DNA of 63,953 nt, filler included, from Folioceros fuciformis (lineage: Eukaryota): the NCBI GenBank assembly GCA_049999805.1. It is 5 parts of 4 records of this genome, joined end to end, with 100 filler letters (N's around TTAATTAATTAA, not from the genome) between each part and the next. Parts side by side here need not be neighbours in the genome. Positions count along the whole stretch, not along the records: positions 46,458 to 62,545 come from JBNGIO010006420.1; 4 more parts are not named here. One strand, written 5' to 3'. Both the position numbers and the translations under genes were made by a program. Each line of letters starts with the position of its first letter. Positions within the stretch are counted from its first letter, which is position 1. Under the pieces are notes generated by a model. The model saw nothing but the letters and a program-made list of their open reading frames with translations. It ran no database searches and was not told the DNA's origin. Below, piece by piece: positions 46,659 to 60,246 of the stretch.

Positions 46659-49251
46659 GGTATTGCTGGGCAGCTGGGTCATGTGCTCGTGGTTGTTCAT
46701 CAAAAACCACACTTCTGGAGTAAGCTACTTGGTGAGTAGTTGGGTCATACAACTTGTATGCTTTAATGCCATCTGTGAAGCCAACAAATATGTATTTGCG
46801 TGACCTATCGGATAATTTGGAATGCGGCAATTGTTGGTGATTCTGATGCGCATATGCTGTTGTCCCAAATATTCGTATATGGCCTATACTGGGCTTTTTC
46901 CCATGCCAGAGTTCATATGGAGTTGAACTCACAGACTTTCCAGGTAACCGGTTGTGCAAATATGCCGCTATGGCCACAGCTTCACCCCAATACGTCATTG
47001 GTAAGTCTACTTGTTTAATGAGAGCTCGAGTGATTTCCTGTAGCGTTCTATTCATTCTTTCAGCGACGCCATTTTGAGCGGAACTGTATGGTGTGGTATA
47101 CTCTCTTCGAATGCCTTGTTGTTGGCAATATGTATTGAACTCATTTGAATCAAACTCACCGCCGTTGTCTGTACGCAGGGCCCGCAATTTGAGCCCGGAC
47201 TGACGTTCTACCAACACTTGAAATTCCTTGAACAGAGCAAAAACCTCGCTTTTCTTCCTCAACACGTGCACCCACACATATCGACTAAAATCGTCGACTA
47301 TGGTGAGGAAGTATCGGCCGCCTCCTAGCGACCGTACAGATACCGGTCCACACAGATCAGCATGGATAAGGTGTAGGATGCCATTTGCCCTCTGACCACC
47401 TCCCGTTGGGTATGGAGTTGGCTGAAGTCATGTTTGAACGCGTCCCGATAATATTTCCCTGTGCTCATTCGTTGTAGCTTTTGTTTGTTCGGGTGTCCAA
47501 ATCGAGCATGCCATAAACCGGGTTTATCAAAAGCCGTCATCAAGGAAGTTGTCACTGCCGTGTCAGCTGTTCTAATGCCGGTCTCCGGCATCAGCGTGTA
47601 CTGGTCATCACACAGCTTTCCTTGAGCTTTTATTTTTCCATTGATCAGAATGTCACAAGCATTGTCTTGGAATGATAGTGATAGGCTGTTTTGTTAGTTG
47701 CCTTACAGATAACAAGTTTTTGGACATGGACGGGACATGCAAGACTCCCGAAAGCATGAGCCATTCACCATCGGACAAGCGCATTCTCACCTGTCCTTCG
47801 CCCTTCACGTCTAAGTGTGTGCTGTCACCGAGCACTACGTGATCGAAGTCAGCACTTGGTTGGTATGTGAGAAATTCTTCCCTATCTTCGCAGACATGAG
47901 CAGAAGCTCCTGAGTCTATGTACCAGGCGGATGTTGCTGCCCCAGATGTCAAGAAACAAACAGTCAACACTTTTGCCTTACAGCTTTCTCGATTTTCATC
48001 TTCAAGCTCTTTTTCGTCGTGTGAGAGAGCTTGTGACCACAGTACTGAAGGTGAGGGCTCGTCCCTCTTCTGTGCTACGTTGGCTTTTGGTGCGGGGACT
48101 TTACGAGGCTCCCCCGCCTTTTTCTTCCTGCAGTCCCTTTCCCAATGGTTTGGGAGGCCGCACCAGCGGCAATTACCCTGCCTTTTCTGTGTGGTAGAGT
48201 TAGGATTGGAAACTCATTTACCCTCCAGGTCTGGTCTTCCACCTTGCTTAAATTTGTTCGACTTGTTTAGCAGTCGTGATGTGTAGAGAACCTGACTTCG
48301 TCCATGTGTTTTATGCACAGAACGACTGGCCTCCTCTTGCATCAGGGAGCCTATCAACTCGTTTAAATTCAGCACATGTATGTCTCCAACAGACTGCCCC
48401 GTAGCCTCGGCCATTTGATGCGCAAGGCGAAGCACTGCGTTCTGAGATGTGACGAAGCTGGCATACGAGGGAGGCAAGGCCGCAAGGAAACGCATACATG
48501 CATCTTCCTCAGTAAGTGTCGTCCCTGCTTGTGCTAGCTTCAAACGTAACAGCCTGAACTGGGCCACAAACTGGTCAACTGGCTCAGATTCATTCATGCG
48601 GAGAGCATAAAGCTTAGAACTTGCTTGCATTCTACTCATCATGTCATGAGAATGGTAGACGAGTCGCAAGGTGTCCCAAATTTCTCGTGACGTCTCCGCA
48701 GCTGAGGTACTTATCACCATGGCCTCAGCCAGCCCTGTTCTTATAGCTGATTGGGCTCGTTGGTCCATGAGATCCCATTCAGCTATTGCAGGGGCAACTT
48801 CTTCGGTATCGTCCATATCATAAAATGATGATCTGTGAGAGGACAGGCGCTCGATCTTTCCCGTAACGTACGGCCAAAGTCCAGCTTCCTTGAGGAGACC
48901 TCTCATCCGAATGGCCCACACGTCATAGTTGGCGCCGTTCGTGAGACGATCCTTCTCTTTGAACTCGAACTTGAAAGGTGTGTTTTTCTTTGCTTCAAAT
49001 GACTCCTTCTCACGTTTCAATGTGTTTGCTGCTGCTTCAGCGATCATGCGATGGCGCTCTGCATCCTTCTTTGCCTGCTCCTCCCTTCTTCTTTGAAGTT
49101 CGGCAGCCGCATCTGGATCAGGCCCATCCATGTTGCTGACTGGCGTTTGTATACTAAACGTCTCTGCTAATGCATCTAGAAACCGCGATTCGAGGCCGTA
49201 TCCTGTGAGCTCGTCAAATGTGCTTCCACTCCGACTCGATCCAGAACTCAT
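46659..49251 (-). pseudogene. copia-5 Gag-protease-integrase with frameshifts
   Basis: FKEKDRL, CRWCGLPNHWERDC, WYIDSGA, LRTDNGGEF, QNGVAER. Confidence 0.9.
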
Positions 49252-49627
49252 GCATTCTGACTGGCAGTGTTATTCTTCTGTAAAATACAGCAGGTGTGAC
49301 GCTTCTGGTCTCGATTCAAGATTATCGTAGCGAGCTCACGCACGAGATCTTTGAGGGACGCAATATGCTCCTCTTGATCGCAAGAGCCGCCTCGGGTTCG
49401 TGGTGCATTACCCAATCCCCAGCGCATCTCCATCAGGCGTTTACCACAGCACTGGAGGTTGATGGGGTCTTGCATCGGGTCTTCCATCCGGTAACGTATT
49501 CGGCTATCCGAGTGCACCGCTCTACAATCTCTTGCCAGTGATCTCGCCAAATGGTTTGGATGCTGTAGCCGGTGATTTGCGACCACTCACGGAGAGTACG
49601 CCTTCCATATAGCTGATCTCCAATCAT
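49248..49627 (-). CDS. Leader ORF(s) upstream of copia-5 gag; stop overlaps the gag ATG (ATGA)
   Basis: Two overlapping frames, possibly one frameshifted gene; the final frame ends GCA TGA overlapping the ATG at 49251. Confidence 0.35.
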
Positions 49628-49777
49628 GTTTGTTTTTCTTGAATCATTCTGACTCAGGGTCGTGCAATCGGATCCTGGCCATATAGACGCTCTCTTCAGG
49701 AACAGGCGATGCGTCGTGTTGCGAGCGTCAGCATGTTCTGGATTCTGCTGTATCGCACGAGTGCAGGTCTGATACCA

Positions 49778-49997
49778 TGATGTAATCGGCACTCGCGCAA
49801 GGGTGGAAAAAACAATGAATGATTAAAAGAAAGAGTGCATGTGTTCTTGTACAATGTCGCGCGAAGTGTGACAGTTATTTCTGTGAATGCCTTTTCGCTA
49901 TGTGTCCCTTAATATCACGAATATAAATATATGTTAAATAATACAAATTATCTAACTACGTTTCGGCTTGTTGTTTAACCCTAAACCTCCTTCATCA
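49778..49997 (-). repeat. 5' LTR of copia-5 (220 bp)
   Basis: TGATG...CATCA termini, adjacent PBS TGGTATCAGA. Confidence 0.92.
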
Positions 49998-52900
49998 CCT
50001 TGCCTGTAAGGAACTCCTGTAATTTGCTCCTTGTCTTCTTGAGTTGAAGGTGACATGAGCTTGCTAAGTTTCTGCCCAAATGGCATAGGTGTTGATACAG
50101 GTTTTGCATTCTTAAGACCTAGTTGCTCAGCACAATCTAAAAGGTAATGGGGTTGTGTTAGTGTCATTACGCGAGTCTGCCTATTTCTTTGAACATGAAT
50201 TCCTAGACAGCTCTGTAAGGATCCTAGGCAATTCATTCTGAATTTTGTTGCTAACACATATGTTATACTTGTGATGAAGGTCTGACTATTGCTTGATAAA
50301 ATCAAGTCATCAACGTAAACTGCCAAATAGCATATGACATTCCCTTTGAGGTAAATATACAAGCTACTATCTGCTTGACTCTAAGTGAACCCTAGCTCTA
50401 GCAATTCTGTTTCTAGGGCTGCATTCCATTTCATGGCTGACTGTTTTAAGCCGTATAGACACTTGATTAGTCTGCAAGCTTGGTGCTCTTTTCCTTTAAC
50501 CACATATCTAGGCGGTTGCTGCATGTAGATTTCAACATCTAACTTTCTATATAGAAATGCTGTTTTCACGTCATACATCTGCAGCTCATAGTTGAAGTGT
50601 GTGGATATGGCCAGGATGATTATGAGAGTTGAAAGCTTGACCACTGGAGAGAAAGTTTCCAGATAATCCAATCCAGGGATTTGGGAGAAGCCTCTTGCAA
50701 CCAAGCGAGCTTTATACCTGTCAAAGGTACCATCTGCTTTTACTTTCAGCTTGAAAACCCACTTACAAGTCACCATTTTTCTGCCTAGAGGTAAATTTAC
50801 AAGCTCCCATGTTCCATTTTCAATTAATGAGTCATACTCTGACTGAATGGCCTTCTCCCACTCTTTGTGATTAGGTCTGCTAAGTGCCTCCTCATATGAT
50901 TGAGGTTCAATGGGATCAAGGGAAGAATTATCAGTATGAACTGCCACATGAGAAGAAGGATTCCTGAAGTCTGGAGCTTGGTAAAGGTCTGGAGGCTGCC
51001 TATGACGAGTAGGATACCGCCGGACTGGTTCGGCAGGCAAAACTTGATGATCGTACTGAAGGTCAGCTGCATTCTCATTTTCAACTGGGTCAATTTGGTC
51101 AACTGGTTCTGCTTGTTCTGGTACAACTTGTTCAGGAGGAGGTTGGTCCTGTAAATCCAGCTCCTCATGCTGATTGTCAGGTGCATTGATATGTGTAGGT
51201 TCTGAAGCTGCTATGTCCTCAACATCAACCAGCTCAAAACCAGCTGCTGGATCTTCCCCACCTGCAGGAACAATGTCCTCCATAGGAACAACCTGTGTGC
51301 TATGATCCGATTGATCAAAAGAAGTGTCATCATCCATTGGAGCGATGTCCACATCTTGAATAGCTCCCACTGAGACCCAATTTTGGTTTTCATTGAAGGT
51401 AACACTCCTTGCATAAACAACTTTGTTCTTAGATACATCATAGAGCTTATAAGCTTTAATTCCTTCCGTGTAGCCTAACATAAGTAGCTTTCTGGCCTTG
51501 TCTGACAGCTTTTGCCTTTTCTCTTTAGGTATAAAAGCATATGCAGCACATCCAAATGTGCGCAAGTGAAGAATAGAAGGCTTTCGCCTTGTGAAGGCTT
51601 CAAAGGGGGTCTGGCCTATGACAAAAGTAGTTGGCAACCAGTTTTTAAGATAAGTTGCAGTCATTATAGCTTCTGCCCAGTATGGCAATGGAAGTTGTGC
51701 TTGATATAACAAAGAAGATGTCATTTCTTGCAGGGTAAGATTAAGGCGCTCAGCAACTCCGTTTTGCTGAGGAGTGTAAACTACTGTCAGCAGGCGACCA
51801 ATTCCCTCAGCTACACAGTAAGCCTGAAATTCATTGGAGGTAAATTCTCCCCCATTGTCTGATCTTAAAGTTTTGAGTTGTTTTCCAGTCCATCTTTCAG
51901 CATACTTGATGTATTCTCTGAAGTGACTGAAACATTCACTTTTCTGCTTCAATGTGTAGGTGGTGACAAACCTTGTCTTATCATCAGTAAAAGTTAGGAA
52001 GTATCTACCACCTCCTATGGATTCTTGAGATAAAGGTCCACACAGATCTGTGTACTAATTCTAGAGCCTCAGAGGCTCTATGTGGAGCCTTATTTCTGAA
52101 GGCTGCTTGATGCCTCTTTGAAAAAACACAAGACTCACACAAGGGAAGTGATGCCAACTGCCCTATAGGCCCATCCTGGTAAAGATTACTAACAGCAAGT
52201 TTCTGAAGTTTTGTTGAATGTGGATGACCTAATCGCTTATGCCACAACTTAACTTTTCCTATCTGTTGTGTAGATACAGTATTGGCATCTTGTGTTAGAT
52301 TTGAAGTTGGTACACTACTGTCTGTATGGAGACGATACAAGTCTCTGTCTGATGACCCATAGGCAAGTACTTTATTGTAATTAAATGCATCCAGTACTTG
52401 ACATTCTGCATGCGTAAATAGAATGTGACAATGATTGTCAGCATTGAGCTTTCTGACTGAAATCAACTTCCGAGTCATGTCTGGAACATAGTAGACATCA
52501 TGTAATGTTAACACATGCTCTGATGGAACTGACAGGTCTATTGTGCCACGACTAGGAGACACTAGGGATCTATCATCACCTAGGTACACATACTAATCCT
52601 TAAATGTTTTATATGTTTTGAATGATCCTTTATCAAAACAATTGTGGGCTATAGCCCCTGTGTCTAGATACCAATCTAACACAGGTCTAATCTTTGTATT
52701 TGCTAACAGGCTAGCAGGATACAAGAATGAACTTGTTGCAAATATAGTTGTACCCATAGTGAGGGCTGAAGGGGTCGGTTGTTTCTTCACAACCACGTGA
52801 GTTTCAGTACTAGATGAACCCTCCTTGCGAGGAACACCTGCCTGCTTTTTTCGACACTCACGTTCCCAATGACCAGGTAACTTACACCAGTTGCAGTTGC

Positions 52901-54445
52901 CTGTCCTTTGTGGTTTTCTTTGGTTAGCTCCTCGTCCTTGTGAGCCACCACCCCTAGAAAAACTGCCTCTAAAACTGTTGTAGGGTCTTCCTCCACCACG
53001 TCCTCTATTGGACGTGTAGAGTGCTTGTTGCTTGCCTGTTCTCCTATGAGATTGTCTTGTTGGTTCTTCTTGCAATAGTGCTCCAACTAATTCTGTAAAT
53101 GTGGTTTCTGGCAGGGTCACATTTGAAGCCTGTGCCAGCTTTTCAGTTTGGAGCTTAGAAGCATTGAAGGAGATCACAAAATGTGACCAGGATTTTGGAA
53201 GTGATATGAGGAAGTAAAGGGCAAGCATATCATCCTTGATTACCTCATTTGATGCACTTTCCAGCTTTGAAACAAGAGTTCTGAAGTGTCCAAGGTGTTT
53301 CTCTATTGATTCATCTGAACCAGATATTTGCTAAAGTTGTACATCCAAATGTCTGTCTCAGCATTTCTGAGGTAAGACCACTCCTGATGAGGAACATGGC
53401 TACTTGATCTTTGGCATCCCATGTTTTCTGTAATCTATTTTCAGTTGTTGTGGGCGGAGTTTGAGACTACTGGGGAGCTCTCTTCCCCAATAACCACCTT
53501 CCAGAGTTTCTTATTCTGTAAGGCTCCCTTCATGCGGATTACCCATATGTCGTAATCCTGCCAACCAAACCTATCTTTTTCCCTAAACCCTTCCCCACCC
53601 AAACTAAATGAGGGATCGGCCATTTTTCTTCCTTCGTGTTTTGGGTTAGCTACTCCCAAGACACTAAGATTCTTAAGTGGCTGTAGCAGGGGTTTAATAT
53701 ATCAGGACTTCAAACACATGCCATTAGGTCAGCAAGGTCAGAGGATATTGACAGCATTAGCAGGTATGTCTTCTGTAGACTCTTGTTCTCTTAGTCTATT
53801 TACTATTCTATGATTTTTTATTTCCCTCTTATTGAATGCATACACTGAGCAGGGAGGGCAAGAGTTTGGAACACCAAACATGTGTTTCTTAGCGTGCTTA
53901 CAGGCTACTTCTCTGTGTACAGGATTAGTGAGTAAAACAAGCTTCAACAAGGTAAGAAGTTTGAAATCCAGATGTGATATCTGTTCCTGCAAGTCTCTAA
54001 CATCTACACTAGTTGGTGAGACCTTTTGTAGTATACTACTGAAACGAGTATCTACATGTTCTTGATGTGCCTCAATTCTGTTTACTAATTGAGTGACACT
54101 TGTGGCAGGTGCAACATGTGTTGTTAGAAAACCTCTTTGTATACCATTACCATCAAAGGCTCTCTGAACACGCACCTGAGGTAGATTATCTGGATTCCTC
54201 GATGGGAGAACAAGGACCAAATGGCGCTGATCTGGAAAGAGAACTTCAATCGAGGTATTAAACGATTCTCTTACTTCTAGAGAAAGCACAGGTTAATTTT
54301 GTGCATGAGCAATCCATTCAGTAACTTGTTGATGAAGTTGCTCTGCTATTATTGCCTGTGCTTCTTGCCTCCTGTAGAGATTTTGATTTTGAATTCTCTC
54401 TGCAAGGCGAGGCTGCCACTAGCGCCCATCGAGGCAATTAGCCAT
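49998..54445 (-). mobile_element. Degenerate Ty1/copia element (copia-6): leader ORF, gag (ATG 53623), PR, INT and RT truncated at VPYRQ by copia-5
   Basis: FREKDRF, CNWCKLPGHWEREC, WYLDTGA, LRSDNGGEF, YVDDL; no LTR or PBS recognised. Confidence 0.9.
53738..54445 (-). pseudogene. Leader ORF of copia-6 (236 codons, two in-frame stops; coiled coil)
   Basis: ATG 54445 is in frame with ORF 53738-54289 through a TAG and a TAA; VRDLQEQISHLDFKLLTLLKLV heptads. Confidence 0.5.
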
Positions 54446-55029
54446 TCATCAGACCAAGTTGTATGTTGTTAAATGCATTCTTTAGACATTATCTTTTTTT
54501 CTATAATTATGTTAATACGTTTCTTGCAGATTAGGTAGTTGTCCTTGAGCATTTCTTCTGAATTTGCTTTAATAGCAAATCATGAAAAGTGCACAAGAAT
54601 TACTGCCTTATGTGCCAAGAATTGTATTCAAAATCTATAGAAAATAAAACAACATAAACTTGTCTTCTTGTTTTTCAGTTTTTATCTTCTTGATAAAGCA
54701 TACATTATCTAAATGAAGAACTATAAAAACCATATGTAAATGCATCTTTTTCAATGCATTTCTCAATGTAAATAGCAAACAATTGAATTTGCATATGCCT
54801 CTAATGCTATTTCAGAATAATTGAAAATATGCAGAATATCTAATATAAATTGATTGAACTACATTTTCTATATATGTGTTTCATAAAAGAACTCACTGTT
54901 TTTAAACAACAGCCTGCTTATGAAACGATACTATCCAAATGTTGTAACCCTAATGAACCGGTGTATAGGTATTTAACTTAACTTAACTTAACTACCAAAG
55001 CCCTAATCATTATTCCAGTACATATATCT

Positions 55030-58000
55030 TAATAGGTCCAGTGGTATTGGTGGAACTAGCGCACCACTGCCACCACCTCCGGGAGGAAACGTCACCAATG
55101 TCACCAATAATATCACTAATGCGAAAGTAGAAATTCGGGACAGAGATAGGTTTGCAGGCGTGGAATTTGACATCTGGGTGATGAGGATGCAAGCCATCTT
55201 CGAAGAGCACGATTTGTGGAACATTGTCAACGGCAGAGATCCAAAACTTGTTGCAACTGCTCCCACTCACGACAATTGGAGTCGCCAAGATAAGCGAGCC
55301 AGAAGTATCTTACTTCAAGGCCTCGATAGGGTTATGATGCACCACACACAGACTGCACCTACTTCCCATGGAGTGTGGTCTAGGCTTACCAGCTTTTATC
55401 AGGCGGCTGACTCGGCGCACAGAATGGCTGCAACCCGCCAATTTTACACGCTGGTGATGAAGGAGGGTGAACCTGTAGAGAGATACATCTTGCAATTCAG
55501 GTCAACAAGGGCTAGAATTGCATCTTGCGGGACTACTCTCACTGAATCAGAGGCAGCCGAAGCTCTCTTGGGCTCCCTACCTCCCAGTTGTGCTAGCTTT
55601 GCAACATCTCAATTTGGTCTTATAAACCAGAGCAAGGCCGCCGTCGCCCTTGGAATGGGCAGGGAAGTAACCCTTACTGATGTAACAACAAGTTTACTCG
55701 CTGAAGAAGTGCATCGTGATGCACATAAGAAGTCTTCGGCAAGCTCTTACGCCAGCGGACCCAAAGCTCTATTTGCCTCTAAAGGCAAGTTCAGGAAACC
55801 CAAAAGATCTGGAGGCTTTAACTACAATGGTCAGGCCTCAAACAACAATCCTCGAAAGAATCAAAAGGGACCCTGCAACTAGTGCATGATCCCTGGACAC
55901 TAGGAAAAGGAATGTCGCAAAAAACAAGCTGGCGAACCCCGAAAGCCCCAGCAACCAGAATCTTATATGGCCTCAACCTCGAAACCGACGGTTCTGGTCA
56001 GCAGCCTACCAGCCTCCGCAACTCTTTGCGAAAATGGTGCCTGGTTTCTGGATAGTGGTGCAACTCACCACGTTTGTAACTGCGAGCAAGCCTTTGACTC
56101 TCTTCAAAGATTCGACCAAGGACACGATTTAGTGGTTGGCAACAAATCTTCTTGCAAAATTGTAGGCGTAGGCTCTGTGACTCTCACAGACTCTTCTGGA
56201 TGACTGTTTGCTATCAAACAAGTCCTTTACGTGCCCACCATGATCAAAAACCTGATCAGTGTCTCCAAGTTGCTACATACTGGAGACTATTTGATTCATT
56301 TCACCAAAGGAGGATGCAAAGTTTTAAACAAGCCTGACCACAAACCCCTATTATCAGGACAACTTATGAAGGATCTATACAAGCTCAATTTGTATTCTCA
56401 CTTACCTCCACCAGCAGTGCTAGTCACTTCACAAGCAAGTCAGGGTCTCGTAGACCCCTCCATGCTCTGGCATGCCAGGCTTGGCCACGTGAGTAATAAA
56501 CGACTTGCTGAACTGTCCAACAAGGACCTCTACCGGCATAAGATGCCCACCTTGACAAATATTCCGTTCTATGATGCTTGTGCAAAAGGCAAGATTAAGC
56601 AAACACCTTATTCTAAGATGTCCTCATACAGAGCCTCAGCGCCGCTAGATCTTGTACACACAGATCTTTGTGGACCTATCTCGACAGCTTCCTTTGGAGG
56701 CTCCATCTATTTTATGCCGTTTGTTGATGACTACTCGCGAATGACCTTCACTTACTTTCTACAAAAGAAAAGCCAAGCGCTTCAGACTTTTCAAGAGTAT
56801 CTGTCAATGGCAGAAAGACAAACAGAGCGTTCACTGAAACAGTTACGCACAGATGGCGCTGGCGAATTAAACTCCAACGCATTCGTTGCGTTCTGCTCAG
56901 AGCATGGTATTGTCAAACAGGTTACAGTTCCACACTCCTCTATCATGAATGGGGTGGCTAAAAATAAACATCATGTCCTACAGTATTTCGCACGCACAAC
57001 GCTATTGCAAGTTGGTTTGAGCAAACACTACTGGGCAGAGGCAATTGATACAACCAATTACATTCTCAATCAGTTACCCTCTGTGGCTATCGGTGGTCAG
57101 ATTCCATTTACCTTATGCACTGGCCTTAAGCCTTCCTTAGCACACATACGTGTGTTCGGGTCACCCAGCTATGTGTATGTCCCATCCACTTTGCGTACAA
57201 AGTTTGATGCTAGATCTGAGCAGTATATACTTGTTGGATACATGGAAGGCATGAAGGCTTACAAGTTGCTACATGCTACCACACACACCCCTCGGTTCGA
57301 ACGTAGCGTGCTCGTCAACAAAGCCGCAATACTTCAGCCCCATCAGGCTCAGTCTATGGAATCAACCTATGTACTTTTTGAACCTGCTGATGTGCACGAG
57401 CCTTGGGGAGAATTATTGCAGTCGCCAACTACATACATTTTACGTCTTTCAAACTCAGTGGGAGTACAATCTTCAGCTGCCGCTTCAACGACCTCTACAA
57501 TACCTACGACAGTTTCACCCACTGTCAATACACCATCCGTGACTATACCATCAGCTGCACCCCCCGAAATTGACACGGATTCTAAGACTATTGAGTTTAT
57601 AAATCAAAGAGACTATTCAGCTCAACAAACTAACCACGAAGATTCACCTGATGATGATGTCATTGATGCTACACCTGCTGATCAGGAGTCTGAAGTACCT
57701 GAACTCGAATTACCTCCTCTAAGGAAGTCTTCTAGACACCACACTAGAAACAGGCAAGAATGGGTACAGCCCCCGTTTAGTCCTACAGATTATTGGAACA
57801 ATAATGAACCAAGTACTGCAATCGCAACTGTGTCGGCTCTTAGCTCTCATCAGGACAGTGACTCCACAATGAAGACTGATCCGGGACATTTAGCACAAAT
57901 TCTTATAGCAGCATCAGAAGTCTCAGGGACCCTCAATTGGGATGAGGCTATGAACAGTCCAGAGAAGGACAAATGGATCAAAGTTGCAGACGAAGAATAT

Positions 58001-60155
58001 GCTTCCCTCATGGAAAACAAAACCTAGATACTTGAAGAGCTCCCACCGGGCCGCAGGGCAATCGACTCCAAATGGGTGTTTAAAAAGAAGTTCAAAGCAG
58101 ATGGAACTATCAAAAGATACAAAGCCAGATTCGTTGCCAGGGGGTTTCAACAACAGAATGGAATCCACTACCTCGAACATGAACTGTACTCTCTAGTGGT
58201 TTGAACTTCAACAGTAAGATTTCTACTTGCTCTGACTTCTGAGCTTAATCTAGAGCTTGAGCACATGGATGTCACCAGAGCATTCCTCCATGGCGACCTG
58301 GAAGAGACAATCTATGTTAGCCAACCTCAAGGTACGTGCAAAAGAAGCAGGAATAGAAAGCTTGCAAATTACTCAAGGCCCTTTACGGTCTCAAACAGGC
58401 TCCAAGAGCGTGGTATAACAGAATCAATGCTTACTTACTGTCCCTTGGGTTTGTCAATTCAGACTCCGATCCTAACATGTACGTCTTGCTGAATGACTCT
58501 GGCATGGTCTTAATTGCGTTATACGTAGACGATCTAATCGTTGTTGCAACCAGCAAACCACTCATGACAAACATTAAACAGAAGCTCGCAGAGGAATACA
58601 AAATGAAGCAGCTTGGTGACCTTAGTTACTGCTTAGGTGTTCAAGTGGATAGGAATAGAACCGCAGGCACAATCATCGTGCACCAAGCAAAATACATACA
58701 TGACATTTCAGTTTGCTTTAATCTTGAGAATGCAAAACCTGTGAGCACGCCCTTGGCAGTGGGAGCTAAGCTCACGTCAGATGATCAGCCCACAACAGAA
58801 CAGGACAAGAAAGACATGGAGTCTATCCCCTATAAAGCTGCTGTAGGATGCTTGATCTACCTGAGCGTTTGGACTCGGTTTGACATCAGTAAAGCTACTC
58901 AGGAGGTAGCTCAATTTTCGCAAAATCCTGGCAGAGTCCATTGGTCAGCCGTGAAGCGCATCTTCAGATACCTACTAGGAACAAAGAACCTCGGTCTAAC
59001 CTATAAATCTTCAGGCTCCTCAAGTCTTAAACTGCTAGGGTGGTCAGATACAGACTGGGCTGCTAATCCCGATTCCCAAGAAGTGTAGTAGCATTCGTCT
59101 TCACCCTTGCTGGAGCGGTCGTTTCGTGGTCTTGTAAACTCTTGCCAACTATCTGTCTGAGCTCAACTGAGAGCGAGTACGGGGCGCTCACAAGAGCAGG
59201 CAAGGAGGCGGTCTCAGGGCATGCTACATTGGCAGGACTACACTAGCCTCAGACAGGTCCAACTAAACTCTATTGCGACAATCAGTCTACAATAGCTCTG
59301 ACCTTCAATGCTAGGTTCCATGCTTGTACTCGTCACATCGAAGTAGGGTCTCGTTTCACATAGCGAGTGGGAGCATAAAAAAAAAGAAAAAAAGAAAAAA
59401 AAAGGAAGGTTGTTCTGCACCAAGGCGCATACTCATTGTGTGGACTTCGTTTTTTCTCTTTCAGAAACCTGTGCAGCATCAGACAAAGGCTACCACAACC
59501 TCCAATCTGCGAGGATGTCAGCGAATTACGATCATGGTGGTGTTAAGGGGCTAACAAGTTCCATCAACGGTTGAACTTTCGAAGACAACTGAAACAAGGA
59601 TCGGTTGAGTGGGAGTGTTAGATTAGGTTATGATTAGCCTTATCCAAGTTATTTAATTAGGGCTTGTTCGTTTGATACTCTAGATAGTATCTCACTGGTC
59701 ACGTCTTTAGGAAATGCCTGTTCAAGTCACAACGGTTCGGACGGGCACCGTACCCCTAGTTCTCACCACGGGATCCTTTCTTAATCATCTTTGTTTTCAT
59801 CTCTATCGAACTTCCTACGTTCACAGCCTGTTCACTGAATAGTTCCACGTCTTGTAGCCACGCTACCTTATGCAAGGAATTCTTCAATCTCTCGCAGTCC
59901 TTGATCATGCTGCACCAGGATACTGTACTTCTTCCTGTCCATGTCCTCTTTCTCTTTGCCTAGCACAAATGATTTCAACGTAGATACATGAACACATTGT
60001 GTGCAAAAATCCAGTTAGGCAAGTCTAACTTGTAAGCCACTTCTCTAATGCAGTTCAAGACAACATATGGACCTCCATACTTTGGTCTCAACTTTAAAGA
60101 CAATCCTTGGGGTAGTTTGAAATGCTTCAGTTTCACCCAAACCTTATTCCCAACA
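55030..60155 (+). mobile_element. Degenerate Ty1/copia element (copia-7): gag-pol ~55030-59346, PPT 59605-59615, putative 3' LTR 59616-60155
   Basis: RDRDRF, WFLDSGAT, DLVHTDLCGP, LYVDDL, WSDTDWA; TTGAGTGGGAG then TGTTAG...CCAACA; the LTR right end is tentative. Confidence 0.85.
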
Positions 60156-60246
60156 TTGAAGACAGTTTGTCTCCTGTGCTTATCAACATATCTCTTTTGA
60201 CGTGCTTGAGCCTTGGCTAATATCTTTTGGGCAACCTCATGCCTAG

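Larger units (their letters stand above)
46458..49997 (-). mobile_element. Ty1/copia element (copia-5) inserted in the RT of copia-6; no RT/RH visible (10-N gap at 46649-46658)
   Basis: 5' LTR 49778-49997, PBS 49766-49777, gag/PR/INT, PPT TTGAGCGGGGG 46505-46515, 3' LTR remnant 46458-46504 identical to 49951-49997. Confidence 0.92.
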
